A stretch of DNA of 64,000 nucleotides from Eledone cirrhosa (taxonomy: Eukaryota): assembly GCA_964016885.1 (NCBI GenBank), contig OZ024748.1, forward strand, positions 42,532,001-42,596,000, given 5' to 3'. The notes beneath the pieces are model-generated. The model did no database searches. It was not told the origin of the DNA and saw only the letters and a list, made by a program, of their open reading frames with translations. How positions within the stretch are numbered: the stretch's first letter is position 1; each line of letters opens with the position of its first letter. Shown piece after piece: positions 28,854-45,100 of this stretch. The translations under genes were made by a program, and so were the position numbers.

Positions 28854-28924
28854 TATTTTCTCTGATGAGAACGCAAATATCATCCCATGATGATATTTGT
28901 TTTTGAAATGCGCATAATAAAATA
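28854..28924 (+). ncRNA. Type I hammerhead ribozyme motif in Penelope 3' pLTR
   Basis: Stem I TATTTTCT/ATAAAATA (1 mismatch), CTGATGA, long stem II GCAAATATCAT/ATGATATTTGT, GAAA, palindromic stem III ATGCGCAT, site AUA (after 28916). Confidence 0.8.
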
Positions 28925-28988
28925 CATGGAACTCTTTTAACCATCTTTTGATCTTATATTATATATATATATATATATATATGTAAAT

Positions 28989-30947
28989 ATCTTTAAGTCG
29001 TTTGGAAGCCTCGACAATGGGTAAATCTCCGGGTAACAAGATCCGGTGGTGGAGAGAGAGATGTAAGTGGGTGTACGTTGAGATGCGTGGTGTGTATAAG
29101 ATGTGTAAGATGTGTAGAAGAATGAAGGGAAGGGAAGAGTATAAAGGATAAAATAAAAATAACAACACAAGAGAGAGTTACCTTGGGAGAGATTTAATAG
29201 TCCCTATATATTTCGGATTCACATCCATCAACTGGGGTTTTTTTCCGGGGTGGGGGAAAGGTTGTTCCTCTGTATTGGCAGTGTAGTATGTTCGTATGGT
29301 GGAATGCTACTGTGTGCGTGTGTGTGTGTAGTTGTCTCGTTTGTGTGTGCGTGTGTTGTGTGTTGCTGCATCGTTTGTTAACTTAAACCAGCCATCTCAT
29401 TTCGCTTCTCTCTGATCGGTTGTTTATTTGCGGTTGCAGGCGTTTGATAAAAAGCGCTTCCTTGATACATAACGTGCCGACGTTTCTTTCAGTCGCTAGA
29501 ATTGTGACAATGGGCCTTCCGTCTTTGTTTCCGCATTTGTCTATGTGTTTCCGGAAAGACGAGGCCCTGGTTTTAGTGTGTTCCTTGATCCGGATGTGCA
29601 AAGGTCGGATTGTGCTACCTATGTAGTATTGGTTGCACCTGTCACATTCTATCTTATACACGACGTATGTGCGTAGGCAACAGTTTGCATGGCATATCGG
29701 GCAGTCTCTGAGGGAGCATGCGTCAGTAGATTTCCCGGGTTTCCTGGAGAGGCATCTTCGCAGGGAGGGGCCCGAGTGGGCCAGGTGGATGTCGAGGCCC
29801 TCCCTCCGTATAGCCTTGCGGATAGCGTTGGTGGTATTCTCGCCCAGGTGTGGCATTTTAAGGAAGCACTTACCTTGGGTGCCTCTCTGTCTCTTGTGTC
29901 TGGTGTCTCCTATTCTGTCTGTGATCGAGGTAGGGTACCCGTTCGTCTCCAGCACCTCGAGGAATCGCTTCGTATGAGTGACAGTACTCGCGGGATCGCT
30001 GCATCTGTTTTTGATTCGCGCGATCTCGTTCGTGATGTATCCTCTTTTGGCACTGTTAGGGAGGGCGGACTTGTAGTGAACGAACAGGTCCCTGCAGGCT
30101 GCCTTTCGGTAGAAGTTGCAGTGGATCCTTCCCTGTTCCGTGATGTTGATTCGGAAGTCGAGGAGGGCAAGTGACCCGTCTTCGTTGGGGTGTTCAACAC
30201 TGCAGTCAATGTTCTCGTCCGTGTTGTTGAACGTCTCATAGATTCTGTTCGCCGTGTCTTGGGAAGATGTGAGGATGAGGATATCGTCCACGTACCTTGA
30301 GAAAAAGGCTACGGCGTTGGGGTAGCAGGCGTTGAGTGCCTTGCGTTCGAGGTTGTCCATGTAAGAGATCGCTAGCACACCTGATATGCTTGATCCCATG
30401 GGCAATCCCGAGGTTTGTTGGTATGTTTGGTCAAGGAATCCGAAGTAGGTGTTGTCGACGACAGTAAGCCTACGTACACCAGCTTTCCAAAACACCACTA
30501 ACCGCATACATCGCATATTAAACAGATCCCGAGACATCTCAACCGCCAATTACACGTCCATAAGCGGACACTCTCAGAGCGGACACATCGACTGCCAATA
30601 ACACGCTCTGCCGAATACCTCAGATATTCAAAACAACAAACAGCGGAGGACGCGTTTCGCACCTGTCCGACAGACAACCTTTCCCCCACCCCGGAAAAAA
30701 ACCCCAGTTGATGGATGTGAATCCGAAATATATAGGAACTATTAAATCTCTCCCAAGGTAACTCTCTCTTTTGTTATTTTTATTTTATCCTTTATACTCT
30801 TCCCTTCATTCTTCTACACATCTTACACATCTTATACACACCACGCATCTCAACGTACACCCACTTACATCTCTCTCTCCACCACCGGATCTTGTTACCC
30901 GGAGATTTACCCATTTGCATTGTCGAGGCTTCCAAACGACTTAAAGA
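28989..30947 (-). mobile_element. 5'-truncated Penelope-like element (RT + GIY-YIG) bounded by about 280-bp inverted pLTR copies
   Basis: ORF 29383-about 30470: QTSGLPMGSSISG, SRYVDDILI, LALLDFRI, VVYKIECDRC..YYIGST, RIKEH. 28989-29275 is the reverse complement of 30674-30947. (TA)n lies on both outer sides. Confidence 0.92.
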
Positions 30948-30993
30948 AATTTACTTATTATTCCACAATGCTTCAAGCAAACTTCAATACTCT

Positions 30994-31034
<41 letters not shown>

Positions 31035-31104
31035 TCATTCATCATCATCATTTCATTTTATGTCTGCTTTTTCCCTGCTTGCAAGGGTGGGACAGGAACT
31101 GATT

Positions 31105-31340
31105 CTGGCTTGATTTCTACAGCTGGATGCCCTTCCTAACACCAACCTCATTTACAGTGAGTGCTGGGTGCTTTTTCCACGACCACTTTGCAGTGGAATG
31201 ATATGGACCCCAGTCCCTATCATCTCATTTCTACAGCTGAGTAAACTGGAGCAATGTGAAATAAAGTGCCTTGCTCAAGAAACAACACATCCTGACTCAC
31301 GATTGCAAGGCCAATGCTCTAACCACTAAGCCATGTGCCT

Positions 31341-31342
<2 letters not shown>
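31105..31342 (-). mobile_element. Partial CORE-type SINE (family B)
   Basis: Reverse complement of GCACATGGCTTAGTGGTTAG...TTCTTGAGCAAGGCACTTTATTTCACATTGCTCCAG, matching 45438-45765. Confidence 0.7.
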
Positions 31343-34663
<3,321 letters not shown>

Positions 34664-34664
34664 A

Positions 34665-34853
34665 TGTAAAGTACCAGTAATGCACTAGGCGGTGGATTGG
34701 CAGTATCGGTAGAGGGTCGGACGCCATGCTTTCCAGCATAGTTACGTCCCTTTACGATCTGAGTTCAAATCCCGCCGAGGGCTCTTACGGGTTCGATAAA
34801 ATAAAGTACCAGTAATGCACTGGGTAATTGCTGGCCTTGTGCCTAAAGTAGAG
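34665..34853 (+). mobile_element. SINE family A copy next to the gap
   Basis: A/B boxes, partly deleted core, 3' tail. Confidence 0.82.
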
Positions 34854-35053
34854 NNNNNNNNNNNNNNNNNNNNNNNNNNNNNNNNNNNNNNNNNNNNNNN
34901 NNNNNNNNNNNNNNNNNNNNNNNNNNNNNNNNNNNNNNNNNNNNNNNNNNNNNNNNNNNNNNNNNNNNNNNNNNNNNNNNNNNNNNNNNNNNNNNNNNNN
35001 NNNNNNNNNNNNNNNNNNNNNNNNNNNNNNNNNNNNNNNNNNNNNNNNNNNNN
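34854..35053. other. Assembly gap (200 N)
   Basis: Run of N. Confidence 1.
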
Positions 35054-36465
35054 AGATCTGGAGACGAGATGGTGTCTGCCAAGTTTAAAAGGCCCAATTC
35101 GTACCGTATGTCATTATGGTGCACATACATATGGCTGCTCCCTCGTTATCGAGTATGGCCATTGCACGATATAACATTATTAATAATTATCAATTAATGC
35201 TATCGTGCAATACCTGTGCATGAAGATATTTTTGAAAGTGAGGAAAGACTGCACTGAGCCAATCCCACTCTCTGAGCGACAGTAGCTATAACCCGAAAAG
35301 AAGAAAAGATCAACATCATCGGTAACTACTGAGCCGCAGGTTTTATGTCGGAGTTATCCCAGTTTCCTGAGTTGCCTTCTCCCAGAGTTGCCTTCTGCTA
35401 CATACATACATACATACATACATACATACATACATGCTAGCGTGGAAGAACGGACGTAAAACGGTGATGATGATGATGATGATGATACATATATTCATAC
35501 CTATATTCTTGTGATTCAAGGGATGACAATTTCTTTTCTTTTACAACCGTACCACCAGAAGGGTGGCCGTCAAAAATGTACTCGAAATTAAGAGAAAGAG
35601 AAACAACATGCATACATGCCTACATACATACATACATATATATACATACATACATACATACATACATACATACATACATACATAGATATACATACATACA
35701 TACATACATACATACATACATACATACATACATACATACATACATACACACACGGTGGCTGCCAACTCGTTTTCGAGTACGGCCACTACTTTATATCATG
35801 TAGGAGAACCCCTACCGATGCGCTGAACGAGTGTGACTTCTTAGTCCAGCCAGCGACTTGTAAACTCTGGTACAAACACTACACTTGTGACAATTACTGA
35901 CACATAGTGCTGGGCCCATGGTACCATGTGACGACAAGTGCAGAGAGATCTCCAGATATAAAGCAATGCCTATGCCGTGAAGCTTTTATAGTGAGCAAAG
36001 GCACTGCACAAAGCCAGTCCACTCTCTTAACCAAGATGATATTTACCAAAAAGAAGAACAAGTCAACATCACTGGATACCATCAGGGTTGCAGGTGTTAT
36101 ATCAGAGTTTTCCTTCTCCTAGAATTATGCCTTGACAAAGGCTAAGGGGTCATCTCTCCCAGTGATTTTGGATGGCCATTGACTCTTACGAGCTCCTTTG
36201 CCCTTTGACAGTTTTGTTTTTAGTCCTGCAGGATTTCCAAAGTCACCCTCCTCACCAAGAAACCTTGGTGGGGTTGCCAGTTTAGTCGCCAACGACCTGA
36301 CCATGGAGACAGGTTGTACATACATACATACATACATACATAGATAACTTCCGACCTACCATACCTGTTAGATATTACTACCAACTCTTTCAAAATTTAC
36401 TGACCTACTTTATTCATTAATTAAACCAGAAAATATGACTGAATGATTCTATTTCAATAAGCTGT

Positions 36466-36590
<125 letters not shown>

Positions 36591-36732
36591 AATGGATAGA
36601 TTAAACTTTAATCTGTTCTTATAACAAATATTTGCTCTTCGGTTTATATTTATATATATATATATATATATATAACTGCCAGTACTGGAATTGAATAATT
36701 AAAACAGTGTCGGTATGTCACATATCAAATCT

Positions 36733-36799
36733 TATATTTTGTCTGATGAAAACGTACTTAAACACCATTGTACCTTTGAAATATGTATAATAAAATATA
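36733..36799 (+). ncRNA. Type I hammerhead ribozyme motif
   Basis: Stem I TATATTTTGT/ATAAAATATA, CTGATGA, stem II AAAcGTAC/GTACcTTT, GAAA, stem III ATATGTAT, site AUA (after 36789). Confidence 0.8.
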
Positions 36800-36857
36800 T
36801 ATTTGATTGTGAGGATGTTTTTCATTTATTCACAATTTGAATAATATATATATATAT

Positions 36858-37080
36858 ATATTAATCCAAAATATTAACAAAAATAGACATTCGTGTGATC
36901 AAAAATATTTAATTATACATATTTCATGCCATGACTGAATCTTAACCATCTACTAAGTCAGGGTATGTCATGCATCATCTTATTTTATCTGGTGAGGATA
37001 GCTCAGTACCTCTGAAATATGTATAATTAAATATTTTTGATCACACAAATGTCTATTTTTGTTAATATTTTGGATTAATA
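36858..37080. repeat. Inverted repeat (about 68-bp arms) of pLTR-like sequence with a decayed hammerhead
   Basis: 36858-36925 is the reverse complement of 37013-37080 (1 mismatch); TATTTTAT-CTGGTGA...GAAATATGTATA at 36981-37025. Confidence 0.75.
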
Positions 37081-37159
37081 TTAATTATTCCGGAAAACCA
37101 TTTCTGTTGAGCGCTTCCAATCTATGGTTTAAACTCATTCTTGATCGGTTATAGGTATG

Positions 37160-39640
37160 GCTTACTATAACTTTCGTTTTATGAAGGGGATGGTTTCTAG
37201 AGCTAGCGTTGCCGGATAAAGCCACCCTGAAGTTCATCCAGTTTGATATAGATAGTTACTACGCCTCTATCTCCCCCCATACTCTTAAATAAGGCACTTA
37301 TCTTAGCTAAATCTAACACTAGCCTCACTAAAAAAGAAATAGACATAATTCTAGCGGCGCGTAGAACCATTATCCAGTTCGAAGGCTCCCACTGGACCAG
37401 AACCAACCCTCCTGATAACTTCGATGTCACGATGGGGTCCAGTGACTCAGCGCAAGCAACTGACCTGATCGGGATATACCTCCTACATAAGCTTAGGGAA
37501 GAGATACCGGCCCTACAAGGAGGTGTATATAGGGACGACGCCCTGTTTACCGTTAGGAACCATAGCCCCCGTAGGATAGAGAACCTTAACAAACATATAC
37601 ACAGGTTCTTCAAGTCATACAGCCTATCCGTAACTATGGACCTCAACCACAGGGTTGTCAACTTCCTGGACGTGGCCCTGGAGTTGAGTACGGGCTTATA
37701 CAAGCCATACCATAAGCCTGGAGAGTGCCTCTCTTATATTTAATTATGCCTCCAACCACCCTAAGCAGACTCTCAACTTCATAGTCTATAGTATCTCACA
37801 TAGAATCTCGAGGCTATCCGCCAATGAGGATATCTTCAACCAAGCAGCAGATTACTGCAATAGGGCCTTGATAAGCGCCGGCTTTAACCGAGGAATTTCC
37901 TACATCCCTAACGCTAGCTCTAGAAACCACCTCCCTCATAAAACGAAAGTTATAGTAATCCATACCTATAACTGATCACGCGGCGACCTCGTTGAAGTCG
38001 GATATAATAGAATAGATAACCGCACTAAAGATCATGACCCCGGCGACGGTGACCACTGTAGATTACTCGAACTATTCCCCTATTACAAAACCAACAAAGG
38101 CGATGGCCTACTACCAACGCCTTCCAACCAACATCTTCCTGTACATAAACATAGAAGAGGTAGGAAGAGTGCACCCGAGCATAAAGTGAAAGGGCACCGA
38201 AGGGGCGACTGCGCATTAACAGACATAAGAGCGGTCACCTAGATGGAACCACCCGTAGAAAAAGTACAAGGACACGTAATCGCCACCGTAACGTCCTATG
38301 GTTCCACTCCCCCTACTCTCGGAGTTTGGCCTCCAACATACCCCGGATGTTCTTCGAAGCCTTAGAGAAGAACTTCCCGCCCAACCATAGGTATAGAAAA
38401 ATTCTTAATAGGAACAATATAAAAATATCCTTCTCTACTACTCCTAACCTAGCAGACATCATAGGAACAACGAAACACAGTAAGATCACCAAGACACAGC
38501 ACCTCGACACAGATGCACCTACACCTGACAATAACTATATCGGCCTTAACAACTCCCTGGCAGCATCCAATAGTGTTGGCAACGGCATCCGCAGACGCAA
38601 CCAGCATAACCGCGAAATGACAGGGGAACATGCAGAACATGACGTGCGGAATAACAATCGTACCACCCCGCGTGCTGTGGGTTGTAATGGTGCTAACGAC
38701 AGCTGCAGTAGCGTAGGTAACAACGTAGGCAGCAACAATGATAGCCTTACCGTGGGAAATAGACGGAACCGCGACAGAAATTGCAACTGCCGCGGCAGAG
38801 GATGCTGGCCCCTTAGAGGATACTGCTTGACTGATAGGGTTATATATAGATGCACTATTACTAGCCACAATAGCGTTAAACATTATATAGGGGCTACCGC
38901 CGGCCTGTTCAAAATTAGGTTTCGAACACATCTCCACTCTTTCACAAATAGAAAACTAAGGCACTCCACTTCGCTCGCGGACTACATCACATCACTAAAG
39001 GACTTAAACATCAGCTTCTCCACGCACTGGGAGATTGTCGGCAGGGCTGCACCGTCCAACTTCAAGAGGAAATGCGATCTTTGCCTCATGGAGCTCTACC
39101 ACATCATAATTGCACCCCACGAGCTCATCAACAGCAGAGCTGAAACAGCGATATGTTGTACACATCGCTTTAAAATATCCTTCTTCAGATGGGTTAAGGA
39201 TGAGGAGTGAAACCGTACACCGGATCTCCCTGCAACAAGTCTTAACACCCCGGCGGGCAGGCGCTCCAAAATAACACCCAGGAAACAATCCTTGCATACC
39301 AGACCCAGCCTCAAACGACTCAGACAAACAGATGCGGCAAAAAAACTCTCAAAATAATCGTTGTAACCTCATCTCGTAGCAGATAAAAAAAAAAAATTTT
39401 TTTTTTTTTAAATCTGTCCGGTAAAGACTGCTCTAACACCGGCCAGAGTTACCTCCCTTGACCTGCTGCAAAATCAAAAACAAGCTATTTTTGCGAGCAA
39501 TGAACCTTGACGTGGATTTAACCCCAAAAACTCTTTCCGAGCAATGTAAGGAACACTTTTAATTATTTATGCCCTTGAGAAGCCCAACTGGGCGAAACGT
39601 ACGGAGGTGCTGTTTTAAATAAACATGCTTTAACGGTCTA
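37160..39640 (+). mobile_element. Decayed Penelope-like element (RT + GIY-YIG), Naiad-like
   Basis: FDVTMGSSDSA..DLIG.YLL, GVYRDD, VNFLDV, YKPYHKP, SNHP, VLWFHSPYS, CNCRGRGCWPLRGYC, VIY...YIG, HLHSF, CDLCLME, CTH; frameshift near 37741 and stops in the linker. Confidence 0.9.
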
Positions 39641-39648
39641 TTCTCCGA

Positions 39649-39704
<56 letters not shown>

Positions 39705-39749
39705 CATACATATATATATACATATATATACATATATATACATACATAC

Positions 39750-39814
<65 letters not shown>

Positions 39815-39900
39815 GGAAAAATTTGAACAGGGACAAAACAGAGAGGCAGTACAACAAATGTTTATTAATTTCACGCTCTGGAGAGTGGGGTGTTGGTGGG

Positions 39901-39937
39901 GGACGACGTTTCGGGCATAAGCCCTTCCTCAGGTTGG
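39901..39937 (-). ncRNA. Minimal hammerhead motif in a solo pLTR-like segment (about 39810-40360)
   Basis: Minus strand CTGAGGA-A-GGGC TTAT GCCC-GAAA-CG-TC; palindromic ACGT stem III, GUC site; stem I is only 2 bp. Confidence 0.55.
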
Positions 39938-40379
39938 AAGTGTGTGGGAACAGAGTTCAAAGGGTGTGTAGGGGAGTGGTGGAGAGACATATAGCGAAAG
40001 GAAACGGTGCGAATGAAAAATTAAAAAATAAAGATAAAAATAAAAATAAAGCATGATCAAAATACAAGGAATGAGATAAATTTAAAAATAAAGGCATGAT
40101 CAAAATAAACTGAAATTAAAAGGGGGTTAAACAGGTGGTGGAAGGGTGTGGGGTATGTGGGGGTGGTGGCGGGTGGAGTGGGGAGAGGGAGACGGGGTGT
40201 CCGAGCGGGGAGGGCTGAAGGTGGTGTGTGTGTGTAGGTGTGCAGTTGAGTTTCAGTTCCATTCAAAGATGTTGTGTTTGTCTGTAGGCAGACAGTTTTC
40301 TCCTTTTTTTTGTTTTTTTTTTTTGTTGGCTCCGTCCAGTGATGCTGTAAATAGATATCAAAAGAATGAAAGCCCGAAT

Positions 40380-40760
40380 CTAATTATACTGGCAACAATT
40401 GAACTTCGGTAAGAATTAGTCAATAGAAAAGTTCGAAGGTGTGGAACTCAGAGATCAAAGAGTCACTCCAGGTAGGGCTGCTATTTCTCTGAATTGAGAG
40501 ATCACAGCTCCGATACTCAGATATGTGGTTAGAATGTCTCAGGAAAAAATATTAGAGTCAGCTCCGATACTATGGGCATGTGGTTAGAATGTCACAGGAA
40601 AAAATCTCTGGACAAATTTTACGGGCAAAACCAACCAGCAGGAGACCCAGGTTTAGACCCCGAGCAAGATGTCTGGATAACATCCATGAGCTTGGCTGAT
40701 CTTGCTTGAGTATCCAGCCCATCTCCTACCCAGGTCTGAATACAGCAGATTTCTTCTAGC
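40380..40760 (+). mobile_element. RTE-like LINE 3' remnant
   Basis: Homologous to the minus-strand fragment at 54300-54660 (GTGGTTAGAATGTCTCAGGAA...GGGCAAAACCAAC...TGGATAACATCCATGAGCTTGG). Confidence 0.6.
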
Positions 40761-40929
40761 AAAGGATAGAGATAAAGTGAGAGAATGGAAGTGAGAAAGA
40801 GATATAGACGAAGAATCGACCAATTGTTGACTGGTACTTTTTCTATCGACCTGAATGGCTGAACGGCAAAGTTGATCGTGGCGGAATTTGAACTCAGAAA
40901 GCAGAGGGAGAGAAAGAGAAAGAGATGGT

Positions 40930-40931
<2 letters not shown>

Positions 40932-40991
<60 letters not shown>

Positions 40992-40993
40992 GA

Positions 40994-41045
<52 letters not shown>

Positions 41046-41112
41046 CAGGCAGAGAGAGAGAGAGGGGGCAGGCAGACAGAGAGAGAGGGGCAGGCAGAGA
41101 GAGAGAAAGAGA
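40932..41112. repeat. (AG)n microsatellite
   Basis: Direct observation. Confidence 0.95.
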
Positions 41113-41228
41113 TAGACGGAACAAATATCGCAAGGTATTCTATCCGACGTTCTAACGACTTTGTCAATTTGCCGCCTTACTATGAAATTACACAAACGAA
41201 ATAAGAATGAGAACTTACCGTATTTCTT

Positions 41229-41357
41229 TTAATGATGAATTAAAGCACTTTCATAATAGCCAAGTAAAACCATTATTATGACACCGACAACTAAACCCGT
41301 GTTGCCAAATATTAAAATCTTAGTCTTCAACACTTTGTGTCGTTTCATTCTTGGAAG
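41229..41357 (-). CDS. SLC39A: ZIP transporter last coding exon, TM8 and stop
   Basis: ttctag acceptor then [45 protein letters not shown]. Confidence 0.9.
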   Translation of the reverse strand, partial: LPRMKRHKVLKTKILIFGNTGLVVGVIIMVLLGYYESALIHH

Positions 41358-42081
41358 CTAGAAAAGTAAAATTTAAATTTAAAAAAATATTGTTATATTT
41401 GTCGAGATAGCAGAAGGTATTCAGAGAAGAAACTCTCTGGAGAGCTGGACAGCAGAAGGTCTTCAGAAAAACCCCTGCCCCTCTCAAGCAAGTGTTTCGG
41501 CCTTTAACTCATCAGACATAAAATACGATATATGAACGTTTTAAATGTTAAGAAAGCCAATTGTTAGAAATAGAAGGGAGATAATATACTCCACAGTGTT
41601 GGAAATACATGATTCCATAAAGGTTATCTCCCTTTATTTTTCTAACTTTCCTGTTACTATATTTTACTATACCTCTATCTGTTTCATTTAAAATTTGTTC
41701 CTAACGTATTATACGGAATTTCTCAGATATACAGGAAGACACCGAACGATATAATGTGTGGTTTTTCGTGAGAAATGTGTGGAAACAATAAACATTAAAT
41801 ATTAAAGCAAAAGAAAATACGGTGGGGAGAATATCCGAGGGTCACTCGCGGAGAGATCCGGGGGTCACACATGGAGAGATCCGGGGGTCACTCGTGGAGA
41901 GAACTCGCAAAAAATGATTTTTTTAAAAATGTATCTTTTTTTTGTGCGGAGGGGGGGGGTTATAAGGTGTCGAAAAAATACCGCAGGGCATTTTTATGCG
42001 ATGCGATGTTCTAACGATTTTGTCAAACGATCACCCTTTCTTTAACTAGATAACAGCAACAACAACAATAACAATAATAAC

Positions 42082-42142
<61 letters not shown>

Positions 42143-45100
42143 TTCCCGAGCTGTGTCTATTATTAGGTACAGTGCGGGAATTCTGAGATGGAATGTTGCT
42201 GAACAAAAAGAAATGGATAGGAAGCCTAGGAAGCTATTGACTATCTACAACATGTTCCACAAGAGGAGTGATGTCGATAGACTCTACCTAAGGAGATCTG
42301 AGGGTGGAAGAGGTCTTATCAGCATAGAGGACTGTGTTCAGATGGAGAAAAACAACCTACACAAATACGTGACTGATAGTAAGGAGCCAATGCTCAGAAC
42401 TGTACTGAAGGAGGGGACAATAGGCCGGGGGATATCCAAGGAGGAAATAACATCAAGGAGGAAGAGCAGCCTTCAGGGAAAATCCCTTCATAGTACCTTC
42501 TTTGAGAAAACTGAATTTAGAGATCCACAGACATGGAACTGGTTGAGAAGAGGAGACCTCAAAAAGGCTACAGAAGGAATGTTAATGGCTGCGCAGGAGC
42601 AGGCCCTCAAAACGAAGTGGTTGAAACACCATATTTACAAGGAGGAGGCTAGCCCACTGTGCAGGATCTGTGGAGAGAGAGAGGAGACTGTGGCTCACAT
42701 TGTATCCGAATGTAAACACCTAGCCCAGACCCACTATAAGGGCTGGAGGCATGATGTGATGGGCAGGGTGATCCACTGGCACCTGTGCAAAGTAAACAAT
42801 TTACCACATTCTGAGAAATGGTATGAGCATAAGCCAGAGGCGGTGATGGAGAACGATCAGGTGAAGGTGCTGTGGGATTTTAGGATACAGACGGACAAGA
42901 AACTGGAAAACAATAGACCTGACCTGGTGGTTGTGGACAAAGAAAAAAGATCGTGTCTGATTGTGGATGTGGCCTGCCCATTCGACACGAGAGTGCAAGA
43001 GAAGGAGAGGGAGAAAATTAACCGATACCAGGACTTAAAGTGGGAGGTAAAAAGGATTTGGAACTGCCATGAAGTCAAAGTGATCCCGATTGTCATAGGC
43101 GCACTGGGGACTATCTCCAAAAGTTTCCAGGGATGGTTAAAGAAAATCGGCCCCTACACGCTTTTTGGAACACTTCAAAAGGCATGCTTGCTGGGAACAG
43201 CAAGAACCCTCCGATACGTCCTGAATATCTGAGGCTGCAGGTAGTGGCTTGATATTCATTCCAACGGACTTTCCAGTTAACTAACATTAATGACTGAGAT
43301 TCAAGGAATAATGACCATTATACTGACCATTATACTGCGAAAAGTGAGAGCAGGATACAAGCTGGGAAAGGGAGAGCTTACCATCAATCACCTCCTATTC
43401 ATGGACGATCTTAAGCTCTTCGGGAAGAGTGAGAAGGAGTTGGATGTGCTTGTTGACACTGTCCGTATTTTCAGTAATGATATATGTATGCAATTTGGTA
43501 TTAGTAAGTGTGGAGTCCTTGTGATGAGGAGGGGTAAATTGAACTGAAGCAACGGAATCCAGGTACCAACAGGTGAGATGATAAAGGAAATTGACACTGA
43601 AGAAGGATACAAATATTTAGGTGTTCTGGAGGCTGATGACATCAAGAACAAAAAAATGAAGGAATTGATAAGATCTGAATACATTCGGAGAGTAAGGAGC
43701 GTATTAAAATCACATCTGAACAGTAGGAATGCCATAAGTGCAGTAAATTCCCGAGCTGTGTCTATTATTAGGTACAGTGCGGGAATTCTGAGATGGAATG
43801 TTGCTGAACAAAAAGAAATGGATAGGAAGACTAGGAAGCTATTGACTATCTACAACATGTTCCACAAGAGGAGTGATGTCGATAGACTCTACTTAAGGTG
43901 ATATGAAGGTGGAAGAGGTTTTATCAGCATAGAGGACTGTGTTCAGATGGAGAAAAACAACCTACACAAATACGTGACTGATAGTAGGGAGCCAATGCTC
44001 AGAATTGTACTGAAGGAGAGGACAATAGACCAGGAGATGTCCAGGGAGGAAATAACAACAAGGAGAAAGAGCAACCTTCATGAAAAATCCCTTCATAGTA
44101 CCTTCTTTGAGAAAACTGAATTCAGAGATCCACAGACATGGAACTGGTTGAAAAGAGGAGACCTCAAAAAGGCTACAGAAGGAATGCTAATGGCTGCACA
44201 AGAGCAGGCCCTCAAAACGAAGTGGCTGAAACACCATATTTACAAGGAGGAGGCTAGCCCACTGTGCAGGATCTGTGGAGAGAAAGAGGAGACTGTGGCT
44301 CACATTGTATCCGAGTGTAAACACCTAGCCCAGACTCACTATAAAGGTTGGAGACATGATGTGATGGGCAGGGTGATCCACTGGCACCTATGCAAAGTAA
44401 ACAATTTACCACATTCTGAGAAGTGATATGAGCATAAGCCAGAGTCAGTGATGGAAAACGATCAGGTGAAGGTGCTGTGGGATTTTAGGATACAGACGGA
44501 CAAGAAACTGGAACACAATAGACCTGACCTGGTGGTTTGGGACAAGGGAAAAAGATCGTGCCTGATTGTGGATGTGGCCTGCCAATTCGACACGATAGTG
44601 CAAGAGAAGGAGAAAGAGAAAATTAACCGATACCAGGACTTAAAGTGGGAGGTAAAAAGGATCTGGAACTGCCAAGTGGTCCCGATTGTCATAGGCGCAC
44701 TAGGTACTATCTCAAAGAGTTTCCAAGGATGGTTAAAGAAAATTGGTCCCGCCCCGCTTTTTGGAACACTTCAAAAGTCATGCTTGCTGGGAACAGTAAG
44801 AACCCTCCGATACGTCCTGAATATTGATATTCATTTCAACAAACTTTCCAGTTAAATAACATCAATGACTGAGACTCAAAGAACAATAATAATAATAATA
44901 ATAATAATAATTGTTTCTATTTTAGGCACAAGGCCAGCAATTAACCAGTACATTACTGGTACTTTATTTTATCGACCCCATAAAGATGAAAGGCAAAGTT
45001 AACCTCGGCGGGATTTGAACTCAGATCATAAAGGGACGTAACTCTATGCTTCAAAGCATGGTGTCCGACTCTCTACCGATACTGCCAATCCACTGCCAAT

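Noticed and set aside
30475-30549. N-terminal part of the 388-aa ORF as the real start of the Penelope protein
   Set aside because: It reads across the 5' truncation junction into inverted non-coding sequence; RT similarity starts only near DNTYFGF.
34815-35174. ORFs spanning the N run
   Set aside because: Artefact of the assembly gap.
41485-41520. Minus-strand CTGATGA-GTTAAAGGCC-GAAACAC hammerhead-like match
   Set aside because: Stem II is mostly G-U, and stems I and III cannot be formed.
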